Source of the DNA: a virus
Lineage: Duplodnaviria > Caudoviricetes
Length of the DNA stretch: 64,000 nucleotides
Strand: one strand, 5' to 3'
Virus record (IMG/VR): IMGVR_UViG_2563367173_000002
Coordinates: 1 to 64,000 of that record
Part shown: positions 39,712-50,676 of the stretch, in pieces
Layout of the letters: every line of letters starts with the position of its first letter
Numbering within the stretch: position 1 is the first letter of the stretch
Notes under the pieces: model-generated
The model's database searches: none
Seen by the model: only the letters and a program-made list of their open reading frames with translations
What the model was told of the DNA's origin: nothing
Made by a program: the position numbers and the translations under genes

Positions 39712-40950
39712 TCATTCAAAATCCATAAATTTCATATCAAAATATTTCTTTGCCAACTCAGGAATATCTTTTTCAACTTGTTTCAAATATCTCATTTCGG
39801 AACATTCTTTTTGGTGCCTTGACTGTTGATATTTAACAAATTCTTTATATGACTTCTTCTTAAATGCAGATGGTTGATTACACCATGCAGCTAGATTTAT
39901 ATATGTACCTCTATATGGAGATTCTTCATATCGGTTAAATCGCATTATATATGGCAAGCACTGATATCTCATCAACAATTCGATCCGTTTCCATAGATCC
40001 CACAAATCTTGCTTCCAAAATTCGTCATCCCATTTATCTTCTCTATCAAACCCACAAAATGTATAAAACTTTGGAATCTTATCTGTGTACTTTCTTAATA
40101 ACTGCAACTTCTTCTCTATCAGGTCATAATCTGCCACATTATCAAACGCAAATATATAATCCCCATCATACTTACTTTTAAAAAGAACCTCACATTTTTC
40201 ATCCGTAAGAAGTCTCTCATCCATGCCTTGCTTATACTGAAATGGTTTTCCAGTAGATTGTAACTCTTCAAAAATCTCTCGCCAATGTGGACTTCCTAGA
40301 ATATTATCATCCAGTAAGCATATTTTCTTTCTTGACGGATCAAGAAATTCACTTAATGGACTATGACAATCTACTTTTTTATAATTACGGTTTACACAAA
40401 ACTCACACTGTCTGAAGCAGCCTCTTGTGGTATAGCCCAAGCTATAGTCAAGATAATACTTAAAATCATTTCTCTTTTTACCACTCTCAATCTGCTCATT
40501 TACCCAATCATCATACAAATGGTAATCTGGCATATGGTGTTCTACTTCTTCAGGAAGTTTAGGAGCCTTGTCATAAAAGAATCCTGTACCTCCATATTCT
40601 ACATTAGATAGAGTCAATAGGTCTTCATCTATTGGCGTATCAGTAAACACTTTAGAAATAAAAACCTTATCAAGCTTTATATTTTCTTCTCTGAAACATG
40701 GTGACATTTTTTCACATAAAATTTTTGAATTTAATTCATCGTGCTTCTTAAACCTCTTTTCATATTCTTCAAGTGCTGATTGATAATCAATCCAAATTGA
40801 TTCATCATAATATAAATCCTTATAATCTGTTATTAGTTTTACATCATGTCCAAACTCTTTGTAATAGCCTGATAACTTCATACAAACTAAATTAGGAAAC
40901 CTATGCTTGTCTCTGCCTATCAGATCTGCATCTATAATTGCTATTTTCAA
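39712..40950 (-). CDS. radical SAM protein
   Basis: FPNL..MKLS, TRGCFRQCEFC (CxxxCxxC), LLDDN, QGMDERL. Confidence 0.85.
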   Translation of the reverse strand: MKIAIIDADLIGRDKHRFPNLVCMKLSGYYKEFGHDVKLITDYKDLYYDESIWIDYQSALEEYEKRFKKHDELNSKILCEKMSPCFREENIKLDKVFISKVFTDTPIDEDLLTLSNVEYGGTGFFYDKAPKLPEEVEHHMPDYHLYDDWVNEQIESGKKRNDFKYYLDYSLGYTTRGCFRQCEFCVNRNYKKVDCHSPLSEFLDPSRKKICLLDDNILGSPHWREIFEELQSTGKPFQYKQGMDERLLTDEKCEVLFKSKYDGDYIFAFDNVADYDLIEKKLQLLRKYTDKIPKFYTFCGFDREDKWDDEFWKQDLWDLWKRIELLMRYQCLPYIMRFNRYEESPYRGTYINLAAWCNQPSAFKKKSYKEFVKYQQSRHQKECSEMRYLKQVEKDIPELAKKYFDMKFMDFE

Positions 40951-41009
40951 TATTATTTAGGAGTAAAGTATACTTTTCTGTCATGACAAACCTCTTTACC
41001 TCCTATGTT

Positions 41010-41726
41010 TTATTTTTTTCTCCACCCTGTAGCCGCCAGTACGCTTCTATACGGTGATTTGCCAAATGTACTTCCCCATTCAGTCATATTTCCTTTAATT
41101 CCTGTATTATACGGATGAACAATCTTATAATTCAAATACGATTCTTCATCTAACATTCCAAGCATTATTAACCCTTCTCTACAGGCAAGTATATCATGCT
41201 GTCTTTTCCCAGGCTTAGAATGATATTTCTCTAATAGTCTTTTCTCATCAGACCAAACACCCAGAAGGGTATTTTTCTCACTATGACATACATTTTTACC
41301 AATTAATATTACATTCTCTATATTCTTACTTTTCAGAACTGAATCTGCTGCAACTACATCACAATTAAAATTGAATGTTCTAATTACCTGCTTATCTTTA
41401 AACTTGTCCAATGGATTTTTTACAATATTGCTACCAACAAAACCACCATTCATGACCAAACAATCTATTTTATGGTTTATCAAATATCTTGCCAACTCAG
41501 TTAATGCTCCACCTACAAATACATATTTTGCAATAGGTGGCATTTTATTAGACACTTTAATTCCCAACTTTTCAAGCTGTTCTTTTCTATTTTTTCCTTC
41601 TGAAGTCTTTGGAAGCGGATCACAAACCACCTCTTGTAAGACACCTTTATCATATAAATATTCCGCAGCAATCACATCATCAACATCTGCATCTAATTCC
41701 GCTATGTATACTACTTCTCTTACTAT
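41010..41726 (-). CDS. nucleoside hydrolase-like protein (probable ATA start)
   Basis: DADVDD lies upstream of the GTG at 41675; GGALT, MNGG, TFNFNCD, QHD. Confidence 0.65.
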   Translation of the reverse strand: MVREVVYIAELDADVDDVIAAEYLYDKGVLQEVVCDPLPKTSEGKNRKEQLEKLGIKVSNKMPPIAKYVFVGGALTELARYLINHKIDCLVMNGGFVGSNIVKNPLDKFKDKQVIRTFNFNCDVVAADSVLKSKNIENVILIGKNVCHSEKNTLLGVWSDEKRLLEKYHSKPGKRQHDILACREGLIMLGMLDEESYLNYKIVHPYNTGIKGNMTEWGSTFGKSPYRSVLAATGWRKK

Positions 41727-41745
41727 AATTAAATCACCATTCTTT

Positions 41746-42003
41746 CTATACTCTTATCACTTCTCCAGTGTCTTTGTCACAAATCATTGCATTCTCACAA
41801 ACTTCTTTCATTACAAATGGATAATTGTTCTGCTTTAATATCTCATTTGCTTCCTTAATAAATTGTCCTCTACTTAATTCTATTTCATTATGAGAATATT
41901 CATCTTCATATTCCCACGTATCAAGATACTGTATATCAAGAAAATTATGTTCTTGTAAATCACTTTTAAACCTTTCTAATTCTTCCATACAAAGTAATGT
42001 CAC
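41746..42003 (-). CDS. hypothetical protein
   Basis: AAGGAG RBS. Confidence 0.6.
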   Translation of the reverse strand: MTLLCMEELERFKSDLQEHNFLDIQYLDTWEYEDEYSHNEIELSRGQFIKEANEILKQNNYPFVMKEVCENAMICDKDTGEVIRV

Positions 42004-42055
42004 ATTTATTCTCCTTTTTCACCCGATGAAAGCAAAATTTTAAGACTAATATTTT

Positions 42056-42472
42056 CTACAAAAACATTTCTTTTCTTAATATATTCCTGAATGCTAGTGG
42101 ACTATCAATTACATGCTTTGAATATTGAAATCTCTTTAAGAAATCCATAACTTGTTGTGCATCTCCTCGATTAAGTGAAATAAACTTTACATACTCTGGA
42201 TTACCAGCAACACAAACTACCGCCCAACTATGTTCTTCTCCTCTAAAACCTACATCTACACCGACATCACAAATCTGAGTAATTAATTTTCTACATTCCT
42301 CAAGTTCCCTTTGCGAACATTCACAATTCTTTTTTGCCTCAGCAGAAAGAGAATACATTCTACCTGATATTTTAATCCAATTATCAAATTCATTATATTT
42401 TTCTTCCAAAGAAGTAATCCGATTCATTTCATCTGAAAACAGCCATTTCCTAATCTTATCTTTTAACTTCAA
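42056..42472 (-). CDS. hypothetical protein
   Basis: GAGGTG RBS. Confidence 0.65.
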   Translation of the reverse strand: MKLKDKIRKWLFSDEMNRITSLEEKYNEFDNWIKISGRMYSLSAEAKKNCECSQRELEECRKLITQICDVGVDVGFRGEEHSWAVVCVAGNPEYVKFISLNRGDAQQVMDFLKRFQYSKHVIDSPLAFRNILRKEMFL

Positions 42473-42481
42473 TGATTCACC

Positions 42482-42916
42482 TCAATTCAGCAATGCAGCA
42501 ATTTCATCTAACTCCAGCTCAGTCTTCTTTTCATCAGATAACATCTTGTCCAATTTAGCTTCTAAAGCCTTCAGCTCTGCTTCTTTCCTCTTATACTCAA
42601 AAATTTCAATTTTACATTTGATATCCGTGATCCATTCCGCAATGTTATATCCTGAAATTTCTAAACTGGTTCCTAAATCTTTAGCTGACATTAAGTACAT
42701 ATTCAGCCTAACAAGTAATAACTGCAAATCATTAGACTGAAGGACATTTAAATTGAACTTTTGTCCTTCTAAATCTAAGACACAATTTGTAAGTGGCGTA
42801 AACTTCTTTGAACCATTTAACGCTGACTTCTTCTTATCGATAACCTGTTTTAGCTGTAAAACTCTTTCATCATTCTTTGTTGCCATAATAGTTTTTCCTT
42901 CCTTTCTCATTTCCAT
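42482..42916 (-). CDS. coiled-coil hypothetical protein
   Basis: Probably starts at MATKND after GGAAGG. Confidence 0.65.
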   Translation of the reverse strand: MEMRKEGKTIMATKNDERVLQLKQVIDKKKSALNGSKKFTPLTNCVLDLEGQKFNLNVLQSNDLQLLLVRLNMYLMSAKDLGTSLEISGYNIAEWITDIKCKIEIFEYKRKEAELKALEAKLDKMLSDEKKTELELDEIAALLN

Positions 42917-44045
42917 TTTTTAAATATTCAATCTTGTAGCTTGGTTGCAATTTTTCATATAGCTGCTCTATCGTTAAAGGAATAAAATTATATTCATATT
43001 CTTGTGTTGACCAACTATATCTCTTAGGTTTTTCTATTACATTAAACTCAAACCGTTTTCTATAATCTGCTTTATTTTCACTTTCTCTCCTATTCCAGTG
43101 CCAAGAAATTTTACAACCATATAATCCATCTTTTTCTTTATATACATCATACTCAAAAGCATCATTGTTTATATTTGGATAATTATAATATTCTGTTTCG
43201 TCCTTGTTTAAGAAATCAATAAACTCATCTAATGTATATCGAATATACTTATCTTTAGATTCATCGTATGGAGAATAGTGTTCATCATGTTCTAATCTTT
43301 CAAAGAGATTTGCGTATTCAGGAGTACAGTTTTCTTCTATACACTTGATAAACTTATTACCAGATAAATTTTTATGTGCTACAAATCGCCACTCAAATTC
43401 ATTTCTATATATCTTTTCTCCACTCACATAATCATAATCGTGATATTTGTATGCAAACCAAAACATTTTACCATCTGCTATACCACCATAATCATAATGC
43501 TCAAATTTACCCATATAAATTTCTTCTTCATTACTTTTTGATAAATATGTAGCACCAACAGTTAAATTTCTTGCTTTTATACTTTCTTTGTTATGCACCA
43601 CTTTATTGTATTCTGAAATCTGTTTATAATCAGGAGACTCTACTGGCATAAAAACTAAATCTTTACCATCCCACCCATAAACAAATTCACCTTCAAGCCC
43701 TTTACCCTTGGTGGAATTTACATTTTCAAGAATGTACAACAAATTTTCAATAGTTATCTCAAATTCAAAATTACGTGGATCATATACTCTGCAATATGCT
43801 TGGCGGTGATCCCAACCTAAAGAATAATCTCCAACCTTTTTATTTAGCACAAAACCAGTTGTTGGTACATTATCAAATTCTTCATTTGGAATATCTTCAT
43901 TACGCCAACTATTCCAGGAAGTCTCTTTTCGTAGTTTGCCTTTTTCATCATAATAAATTATATAAGCTAACTTGCCTGTGTAAGTACCAGAACGATGTTG
44001 ATATCCTACATTGATTACTTTCGGGATAAATATATTACTTTTCAA
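42870..44045 (-). CDS. conserved phage hypothetical protein
   Basis: GKLAYIIYYD..SWNSWR..VYDPRNFEFEI. Confidence 0.75.
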   Translation of the reverse strand: MKSNIFIPKVINVGYQHRSGTYTGKLAYIIYYDEKGKLRKETSWNSWRNEDIPNEEFDNVPTTGFVLNKKVGDYSLGWDHRQAYCRVYDPRNFEFEITIENLLYILENVNSTKGKGLEGEFVYGWDGKDLVFMPVESPDYKQISEYNKVVHNKESIKARNLTVGATYLSKSNEEEIYMGKFEHYDYGGIADGKMFWFAYKYHDYDYVSGEKIYRNEFEWRFVAHKNLSGNKFIKCIEENCTPEYANLFERLEHDEHYSPYDESKDKYIRYTLDEFIDFLNKDETEYYNYPNINNDAFEYDVYKEKDGLYGCKISWHWNRRESENKADYRKRFEFNVIEKPKRYSWSTQEYEYNFIPLTIEQLYEKLQPSYKIEYLKNGNEKGRKNYYGNKE

Positions 44046-44379
44046 ACGATTTCTCCTCTTTTCTTTGCATATCTATATTACATATCACTTTTCCCCATTC
44101 TTCTGCTAAACTACATAATGAAGATACACTATCTGTTTTACATTTTCTCAAGCTACAAAAATTTTCTTTAATTATTGTATATAACATAACTTTTTCATAT
44201 TTTGATAATAATTTCCCATTGAAAGTTTTATTGGTTCTGTTAGCCAAAACAATATTATCTTTTCCAATATGTATAATCAAATATTTATTCCAAAAATTAA
44301 ATATACCTTCATTTTCAAAATAGAAATCTTTACTTTCTTTATTCTTTTCTAAAACATAATAATTTAAAATATTATCCAT
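44035..44379 (-). CDS. hypothetical protein
   Basis: Coupled ORF. Confidence 0.55.
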   Translation of the reverse strand: MDNILNYYVLEKNKESKDFYFENEGIFNFWNKYLIIHIGKDNIVLANRTNKTFNGKLLSKYEKVMLYTIIKENFCSLRKCKTDSVSSLCSLAEEWGKVICNIDMQRKEEKSFEK

Positions 44380-44603
44380 CTCCTGTAATATACTAACCTA
44401 CAATATTTTTGATAATCTTCCCTTGTATATTCATATTTATTTGCCATATCCATACACACTTCATTTTCCCATGGATTACAGTCCTCATCTTCTAATGCTG
44501 AAAACCAGCTTCCTATTAAAAATTCAATATCATGCAAAATTTTTTGTTCAGTCATTCTATTACCTTTGATTTTTCTCATGAAAGAGTTGTTTTCTGGCAT
44601 CAA
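44364..44603 (-). CDS. hypothetical protein
   Basis: Coupled ORF. Confidence 0.5.
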   Translation of the reverse strand: MMPENNSFMRKIKGNRMTEQKILHDIEFLIGSWFSALEDEDCNPWENEVCMDMANKYEYTREDYQKYCRLVYYRRWIIF

Positions 44604-44848
44604 TCTAATACTGGTTTACATGGATCTGACCATCTTTTATCTTTATGTTTTTCTATGAATTTTTCACACTCATCCCAATCTTTTATGTAACGAAAAAAGT
44701 ATTTTCCACAATCTTTACATTTTAATTCTATTTCTAAAAAACGGATATCATTATCGTTATATCCGTGAGTCCAATGCCAGCAAACCACCTCACTATTTTT
44801 ATGTCTGCAAAACAAATCCATAATCCTTTTAATCATTTTCTTCTCCAT
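44600..44848 (-). CDS. Zn-ribbon hypothetical protein
   Basis: FCRH..CKDCGK. Confidence 0.6.
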   Translation of the reverse strand: MEKKMIKRIMDLFCRHKNSEVVCWHWTHGYNDNDIRFLEIELKCKDCGKYFFRYIKDWDECEKFIEKHKDKRWSDPCKPVLD

Positions 44849-45210
44849 TCCTCACACTGAAATCCGTTCTGATTTAACCACTCAGCTACCAAATATCTGT
44901 GACAAAAATCTGATGGTTTCTCATAACAAATCAGCGCAATGTCTTTGCCATTTACATTCGGAACTAAATAATTTAATTCCTTAATTACAGTGGTAGCATC
45001 TAAAACATCCAGAACCTCAACTTTAAAACGCTCTATATAATAGTCATTATCATGATTCTTTTTCCATTCCATGAAGAATCCATACTTTGGAGCCAACTTT
45101 TTATACTGTAACCCCTTATACCAATCAGGTGTTTTACCACATATTGAGATTGGTATAATGTTATGCTTTTCTAATTCTTTTAGTTTTGCGAAATAACTTG
45201 TGTATATCAT
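44833..45210 (-). CDS. DUF488-family protein
   Basis: MIYTSYFA, LAP, LICYEKP..FCHR. Confidence 0.75.
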   Translation of the reverse strand: MIYTSYFAKLKELEKHNIIPISICGKTPDWYKGLQYKKLAPKYGFFMEWKKNHDNDYYIERFKVEVLDVLDATTVIKELNYLVPNVNGKDIALICYEKPSDFCHRYLVAEWLNQNGFQCEEWRRK

Positions 45211-45453
45211 TCATCTACCTCGCTCATATATTTCTCTATTTTTTCTTTACACTTTCTACAATAATGACGTTCTTTACCAAAAATTTTACTCATATTTTCA
45301 TGAACATTTTGAACCGCTGTATCAGCATATACCCGTCCATCATTAGTTGGATTTATATCGTGAGCAAAAATATTTATTGTATAAATAATAAGAAGCACCA
45401 CAAGAATTTGCTTTTTCTCCACATCTATCACAAATAACTATATTTTGAATCAT
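45207..45453 (-). pseudogene. frameshifted Zn-finger protein
   Basis: AGGAG..ATG at 45453 gives MIQNIVICDRCG..SYY; a +1 shift continues into ..HYCRKC. Confidence 0.55.
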
Positions 45454-45485
45454 ATTTTTTTACTCCTTTGAAATGAAAATTCTAT

Positions 45486-46253
45486 TTACAAAATAATGCT
45501 ATTCCATTTCTTGTTCTTTTCATATTTCCACTGAATGTTTCCTAAACTAATTCTCACTTCAATATCTTCTACATTTTTCATAGAAAGTAACCATTCACGA
45601 TACGCATTAACCTCTTCATCTGTGGCATCCTGAAACGCTTTCCAGTGATCAAGAGTTTTATCAATCTCCTCTACTGCCCATTCATAATCAGATAATGCAG
45701 CTTGTCTCCTAAATTCTGTAAGATACTCTTCTACTTCAGCTTTTGCCTCTTGATATGTAAAATAAACTTTATCTGGTCTGATACTCACATGAGTTATATG
45801 ATGTTGCCACATAGGATATTTCTTGATAATACGAAACCCTTCTTTAGTAATATCTGTTTCAATATGTCCATGAAAAATCTTATCTGATTTAACAAGCAAT
45901 CCCGCTTCATATGCTTTCTTGATCGACTCAGAATCGTCTATCTGTACACATAATTCATTAAATAATTTTTCATCTTCAGGATCGGTTCTCCATTCCAAAT
46001 CAAATAATTTTGTATTATATGTCCAGCCTTTAGGAAGTTTTCTATATTTTTGATTATCCTTAAATTCATCAATTGGAACTCCATCTATATATCTTGTTTC
46101 TTTTGGTTCCAATAAATCTATACATACAGCGTCAGAAAATTGTTCGTCTACTCTGCCATATTTCACACTATATTCATTTCCGCTTTTGTTACACCAATAA
46201 ACAATATCTCCATACTTAAATCTTTTTTCAAAACCTTTTTGAATGCTTATCAC
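45486..46253 (-). CDS. hypothetical protein
   Basis: Single ORF between two palindrome copies; the GTG lies inside the SD, so the ATT at 46244 is a likelier start. Confidence 0.7.
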   Translation of the reverse strand: MISIQKGFEKRFKYGDIVYWCNKSGNEYSVKYGRVDEQFSDAVCIDLLEPKETRYIDGVPIDEFKDNQKYRKLPKGWTYNTKLFDLEWRTDPEDEKLFNELCVQIDDSESIKKAYEAGLLVKSDKIFHGHIETDITKEGFRIIKKYPMWQHHITHVSIRPDKVYFTYQEAKAEVEEYLTEFRRQAALSDYEWAVEEIDKTLDHWKAFQDATDEEVNAYREWLLSMKNVEDIEVRISLGNIQWKYEKNKKWNSIIL

Positions 46254-46275
46254 CTCCTGCCATGAAACCGATGAT

Positions 46276-47763
46276 TCAAGTCTTATTTTTCAATCCCATT
46301 TCAAGATATAATTCATCAACCGCATTACCCTTTCGCTTTAAACAGTTATAAATCTTTTCATCAATGGTGTTTTTGCCTTGTAAAATAATATAAGTACATT
46401 TATTATCCTGACCTATTCTATGTATTCTATCTTGACTCTGGCGATATTCCTCATAACTAAAATTCAAAGAATAATAAATGTTATAGGTACAATTTACAAA
46501 TGTTAAACCTTTTCCAAGCAACTTAGGGTGTGTAAATAACAATTTAATCTCATTATTTTTAAACTGACGAATTATCGAATCTCTATCTTTCGTCTGTGAT
46601 GTAAGTGCTACACCATTATATTTCTCTGCAAGTCTATTGATTTCATGCTGAAACTGACACCATATTATTATAGGTTTATCTCCTATTTCTTCAAATGCAG
46701 CATCTAATAGTTTATCTTTATTTGTATCAAAATCTATAATAGAACCATCTTTATTGATAACAAATCCACTTACTATTTCCCTTAATTTCATCAGCTTTGC
46801 AGTAAATTCAAACTTAGACCACTCATTTATGTTGTCCTGTATATCACGAATCATATCATCATAATATTTCTTCTGTTCTTTACCTAGTTCAAATCGCTTT
46901 ACTTCAAATACTTTTGGAGGAAGGTCAACACAATCCTCTTTCTTTAAAAACACAGATTTTTCTCTAAGTCTGTTAAAATACGCTTCTTTATCTTCTTCTG
47001 TTTGATACCATCTATGTGGATTTGCCATATCTTGATGAAAATATCTTGCTTGAAAACCGTAAAAATTATTACCAAACACTTCTGGATCAACAAATTTCAT
47101 CTGTGGGAAAATTTCTGAATTATGATTGGGTGTTGGTGTGCCTGATAATGCAAACCTATGAGGAATAATATCTATCATTTGTAGTAATTCATTTGTAATT
47201 TGACTCGTCATATTCTTCATTACTTGACTTTCATCAATTATCATACAATCAAAATTCATTTTCAAAATATCATTTTTGAGAATCTTAAAACTCTCATAAT
47301 TCATAACATAAATATCAGAATTACTATTTAAAAATGTCATTCGTTCTTTCTTACTACTTCCCCAACAATTCACAATGTTTAATTTAGGGTAAAATTCATT
47401 ACAATCGTCAATCCATGCTGTTTCGATTACAGATAAAGGACACAAAATTAAAGTCTTTTCATAATGCTTTGCAAGTTCCAAACCCATAATTGTCTTTCCT
47501 GTGCCTGTATCGGCAAAAATGCCATAACAGCCTTCATTTAAAGCAATGTTTACGATTTTCTTTTGATATTCTCTAAGATGAGGAGAAAGTTCAAATTGAA
47601 CAATCTCCTTTTCTTTTACTTCAATTTCTGAATCTATAAGACCATACTCTTGTAACTTCTTAACTGCTGAGTCTGGAAATTCCCATTTACCATTTTTAAA
47701 CTTTCTTCCCTCAATGGTTCTTATGTATGGTATCTTCTCTACTGGAATCTCTAAAGACACCAT
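46276..47763 (-). CDS. SNF2-family helicase
   Basis: DTGTGKT, IIDESQ, LSGTP, GKGLT, QSQDRIHRIGQ. Confidence 0.9.
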   Translation of the reverse strand: MVSLEIPVEKIPYIRTIEGRKFKNGKWEFPDSAVKKLQEYGLIDSEIEVKEKEIVQFELSPHLREYQKKIVNIALNEGCYGIFADTGTGKTIMGLELAKHYEKTLILCPLSVIETAWIDDCNEFYPKLNIVNCWGSSKKERMTFLNSNSDIYVMNYESFKILKNDILKMNFDCMIIDESQVMKNMTSQITNELLQMIDIIPHRFALSGTPTPNHNSEIFPQMKFVDPEVFGNNFYGFQARYFHQDMANPHRWYQTEEDKEAYFNRLREKSVFLKKEDCVDLPPKVFEVKRFELGKEQKKYYDDMIRDIQDNINEWSKFEFTAKLMKLREIVSGFVINKDGSIIDFDTNKDKLLDAAFEEIGDKPIIIWCQFQHEINRLAEKYNGVALTSQTKDRDSIIRQFKNNEIKLLFTHPKLLGKGLTFVNCTYNIYYSLNFSYEEYRQSQDRIHRIGQDNKCTYIILQGKNTIDEKIYNCLKRKGNAVDELYLEMGLKNKT

Positions 47764-47766
47764 TTA

Positions 47767-48786
47767 TTATTTTTCTCCTCCTGTAGACTTTTCTTTAATT
47801 TCCTTAATTTCTTTTACTTTTAATCCCAATGCTTTAAGTTGATTTTCCAATTCTTTAATCTCGGCACGAATATCCTTTTTCTTTTGAGTCAATTCTTTCT
47901 GTTCTGCCTTTTCTGCTTTAGCATTAGCACTCTGCTCTTTACCAGCAAGCAATTCTGCTTCAAATCGTTCCTTCATTTTCTCTACAGAATCATCAGATTC
48001 AAATATGGAATTATCCCAGAGGTTAAATCTCTTTTCATTCCCTAAATCATAAAACTCTTTATTGAGTTCAATTCCTACTGCATTTCTACCACATTCAATA
48101 GCAACCTTATTAACTGTTCCTGCTCCCCCAAAAGGATCACACACTGTATCACCTGGACAAGACCATAATTTTACGCACCGTTTCACCAATTCTTCAGCAA
48201 ATGGAGTAGTATGTCCTATGCCAGAATTACTAATATTCCATACACCATCTGCCCAATCAGCCCACTCTTCTAATGTAATATCTGATGCCTTAATCAATTC
48301 ACAATTGCCAGACTTCTTATATACATACACAAATCCTACATTGGCAGCTAAAATCGTGTCTCTTGCCTTCATATTACGATAATATAAATTACCCTGCGCA
48401 AGCATGGCTCTCTGTGCTGAATACTTACGCCAAAATGCTTTTGTCCATAGTGAAAAATTGTTATCAAGGAAAATCTTGTTAATATCTCCTGTCAAACTTT
48501 CCTGTCCCATTTTGTTATCTCTACCAACAGTGTAATTGTAATCTTCAAACTGCATAACAAACTTTCCACCTGGCTTCAGAACCCGCTCACATTCTGTGAT
48601 TACAAGTCCCAACAAATAATAGTATTCTTCATAACTTTCACAGTTGGATAGATCAGACGGGTCATTGCTATAAACCCTAAGATTGTGATATGGGGGTGAG
48701 GTTATAATAAGATCAATGCTTTCAGCATCCATTTTCTTCAGTTCTTTAAGACAGTCTCCGTTAATCCATTCATTTTTTAATTTCAA
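47767..48786 (-). CDS. amino (N4C/N6A) DNA methyltransferase, beta class
   Basis: GDCL, TSPPY, H..PF, DPFGGAGT, GIELN. Confidence 0.9.
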   Translation of the reverse strand: MKLKNEWINGDCLKELKKMDAESIDLIITSPPYHNLRVYSNDPSDLSNCESYEEYYYLLGLVITECERVLKPGGKFVMQFEDYNYTVGRDNKMGQESLTGDINKIFLDNNFSLWTKAFWRKYSAQRAMLAQGNLYYRNMKARDTILAANVGFVYVYKKSGNCELIKASDITLEEWADWADGVWNISNSGIGHTTPFAEELVKRCVKLWSCPGDTVCDPFGGAGTVNKVAIECGRNAVGIELNKEFYDLGNEKRFNLWDNSIFESDDSVEKMKERFEAELLAGKEQSANAKAEKAEQKELTQKKKDIRAEIKELENQLKALGLKVKEIKEIKEKSTGGEK

Positions 48787-48810
48787 TATGTATATCTCCT
48801 TTACTTTTTA

Positions 48811-48922
48811 TTGAGATTAACTTCGACTTGTGATATAATCAGATAGTCAAAGTTAATCATTTGACAGTTTTTAATCTCATGCTACTGGTTGTCTCGCCAA
48901 AGTCAGACCAGTAGCATTTTTA
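48811..48922 (+). ncRNA. candidate antisense-oriented sRNA (promoter plus terminator, no ORF)
   Basis: TTGAGA-17-TATAAT (48811-48839); terminator atgctactggt..accagtagcat+T with CTCGCCAAAGT in the loop. Confidence 0.5.
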
Positions 48923-48962
48923 TATAATCATCTTTCGACGTTACTAACTACTATTTCTACTT

Positions 48963-50090
48963 TTAATAATCCAATGAATCGAAATTTTCATTTCCATATT
49001 TACTTACTTCTATTTTCTTTTCGTTCATCTCTTTGCAAAATTCTTTGTATTTTTTTGTATACTCATAACTATCGCCAAAGATGTTATTCACGGCTATAAA
49101 TAATTTTGGTTCATATTCCTTTGTTATTTTCAATTCATACTCAAAATCTCTCCCATATGGGCAACAACAGCATCCAGTACGTTTTAATCCATATTCCGTG
49201 TAACATAAACTATGTGTAATCTCATAATGTTTATCATATTCTTCTTTATCAGAATTCTTATACCAGAATAAAGGTCTGTAATTGTCATAAGTATTCTTCT
49301 TGCTTTTACCATTTTCATCAAAGCAACTTTTATACGCCGAAGATCTGGCACCACCTTCTGATTTTCTAATCCCAACTATATTTAAATCATATTCAAAATC
49401 AGATAATAATTTATGGGCTACATCCTTTTTAGCATACTTACAACATGTATTAGAAATTTTAAATTCTGGAGGATTTTCTATAATAAATTCTTTCAACCAC
49501 TTATTATATGAAATGTTAAATTTACTACCTTTCTTATACTTATTGCACCACCACAATAAAGCTGAAACACATCCTCTGTAATATTTCCCTTTATATTCCT
49601 TTACACCGTTCTTAAATTTCCCATTCTTAAAAGCATTCTCATTTGATATTTCAATACAGTACTTTTTAATTAATAAGTCAAAATCTTCACTTTCCCATTT
49701 GAAATTATATTTTTGGAGTCTTTGCATGAATTCACTGACTTGTTTTGAAAGAAATGGTTGTCCATATTGTTTACATGTTAATGGAATAGATTTTATAGCT
49801 TTGTATGGCATAATATTAATACCATATTTTTCTTCTAAATATTTCAAATGATTTTTTGTTGCTTGATATTCTAAACCAGTATCAAACCACACATATTCAA
49901 TTTTATTATCTTTATCACATTTCGTACAAATATCTAACATCACATCACTATCAGATCCTCCAGATATTGAACATACTATTTTTTCATATTTACTATTATT
50001 AATCCTTGACCATGCTCTTATTAAGTTGTCTCCAATAGTTTGATTTTGAGGACAGTTCTCTAACAGTCCTGTTAAAGTTTTTTCACCCAA
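48963..50090 (-). CDS. PAPS-reductase-family protein
   Basis: SISGGSDS PP-loop, DTGLEY, CCKYAKK, GIRKSE, RTGCCCCP. Confidence 0.85.
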   Translation of the reverse strand: MGEKTLTGLLENCPQNQTIGDNLIRAWSRINNSKYEKIVCSISGGSDSDVMLDICTKCDKDNKIEYVWFDTGLEYQATKNHLKYLEEKYGINIMPYKAIKSIPLTCKQYGQPFLSKQVSEFMQRLQKYNFKWESEDFDLLIKKYCIEISNENAFKNGKFKNGVKEYKGKYYRGCVSALLWWCNKYKKGSKFNISYNKWLKEFIIENPPEFKISNTCCKYAKKDVAHKLLSDFEYDLNIVGIRKSEGGARSSAYKSCFDENGKSKKNTYDNYRPLFWYKNSDKEEYDKHYEITHSLCYTEYGLKRTGCCCCPYGRDFEYELKITKEYEPKLFIAVNNIFGDSYEYTKKYKEFCKEMNEKKIEVSKYGNENFDSLDY

Positions 50091-50292
50091 TATGTATCTT
50101 TCCTCACGTAATTTAATCTACGTTTACGTGAGGTAAAGCCATACTTTATTCACGAATTATATTCGTATTCGTGGGTGTCTTTTTACATCACTACCACATA
50201 ACTTTTTCGATTATTTATTATCAACGTGCCACAATAAATAATCTTGTGACAACCTTTATCATCTAAAGGTTATAAATACTTTGGGTGATGGT

Positions 50293-50649
50293 TTAACCAA
50301 TCTGTAGTACAGCATCTCCTACAAATTCTACATTAAGAACTTTTATATTTTGGATAGATTCTTCGTATTCTGATTCATAATCCCTGGCAAACATATCTGC
50401 CCACATATCATCATATTCTTGTTCACTAACATTGTTTAGGACCATGTATTTTTCAGATTCTTTGTAATTTCCATTTTTCGTCTCATATCCTACAAAAACT
50501 TTATAAACTGGCAATTCCAATTTTGATTTGATAAAGTTCCTTGGATGAATATTCATCAACTTTTTCTTTAAACTATCATCAAAAATCTCAAACACATCAA
50601 TTCCTGTCCTTATTACACACCATTCAAAAAATTTACTTGGATGTAGCAC
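50293..50649 (-). CDS. hypothetical protein
   Basis: GGGGAGG RBS. Confidence 0.65.
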   Translation of the reverse strand: MLHPSKFFEWCVIRTGIDVFEIFDDSLKKKLMNIHPRNFIKSKLELPVYKVFVGYETKNGNYKESEKYMVLNNVSEQEYDDMWADMFARDYESEYEESIQNIKVLNVEFVGDAVLQIG

Positions 50650-50676
50650 TACTTTTCACCTCCCCCTCTTCATATT

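Noticed and set aside
48963-50090. Dnd phosphorothioation or sulfate-assimilation system
   Set aside because: No dndA/D/E or cys genes in the window; only the lone PAPS-reductase-like gene.
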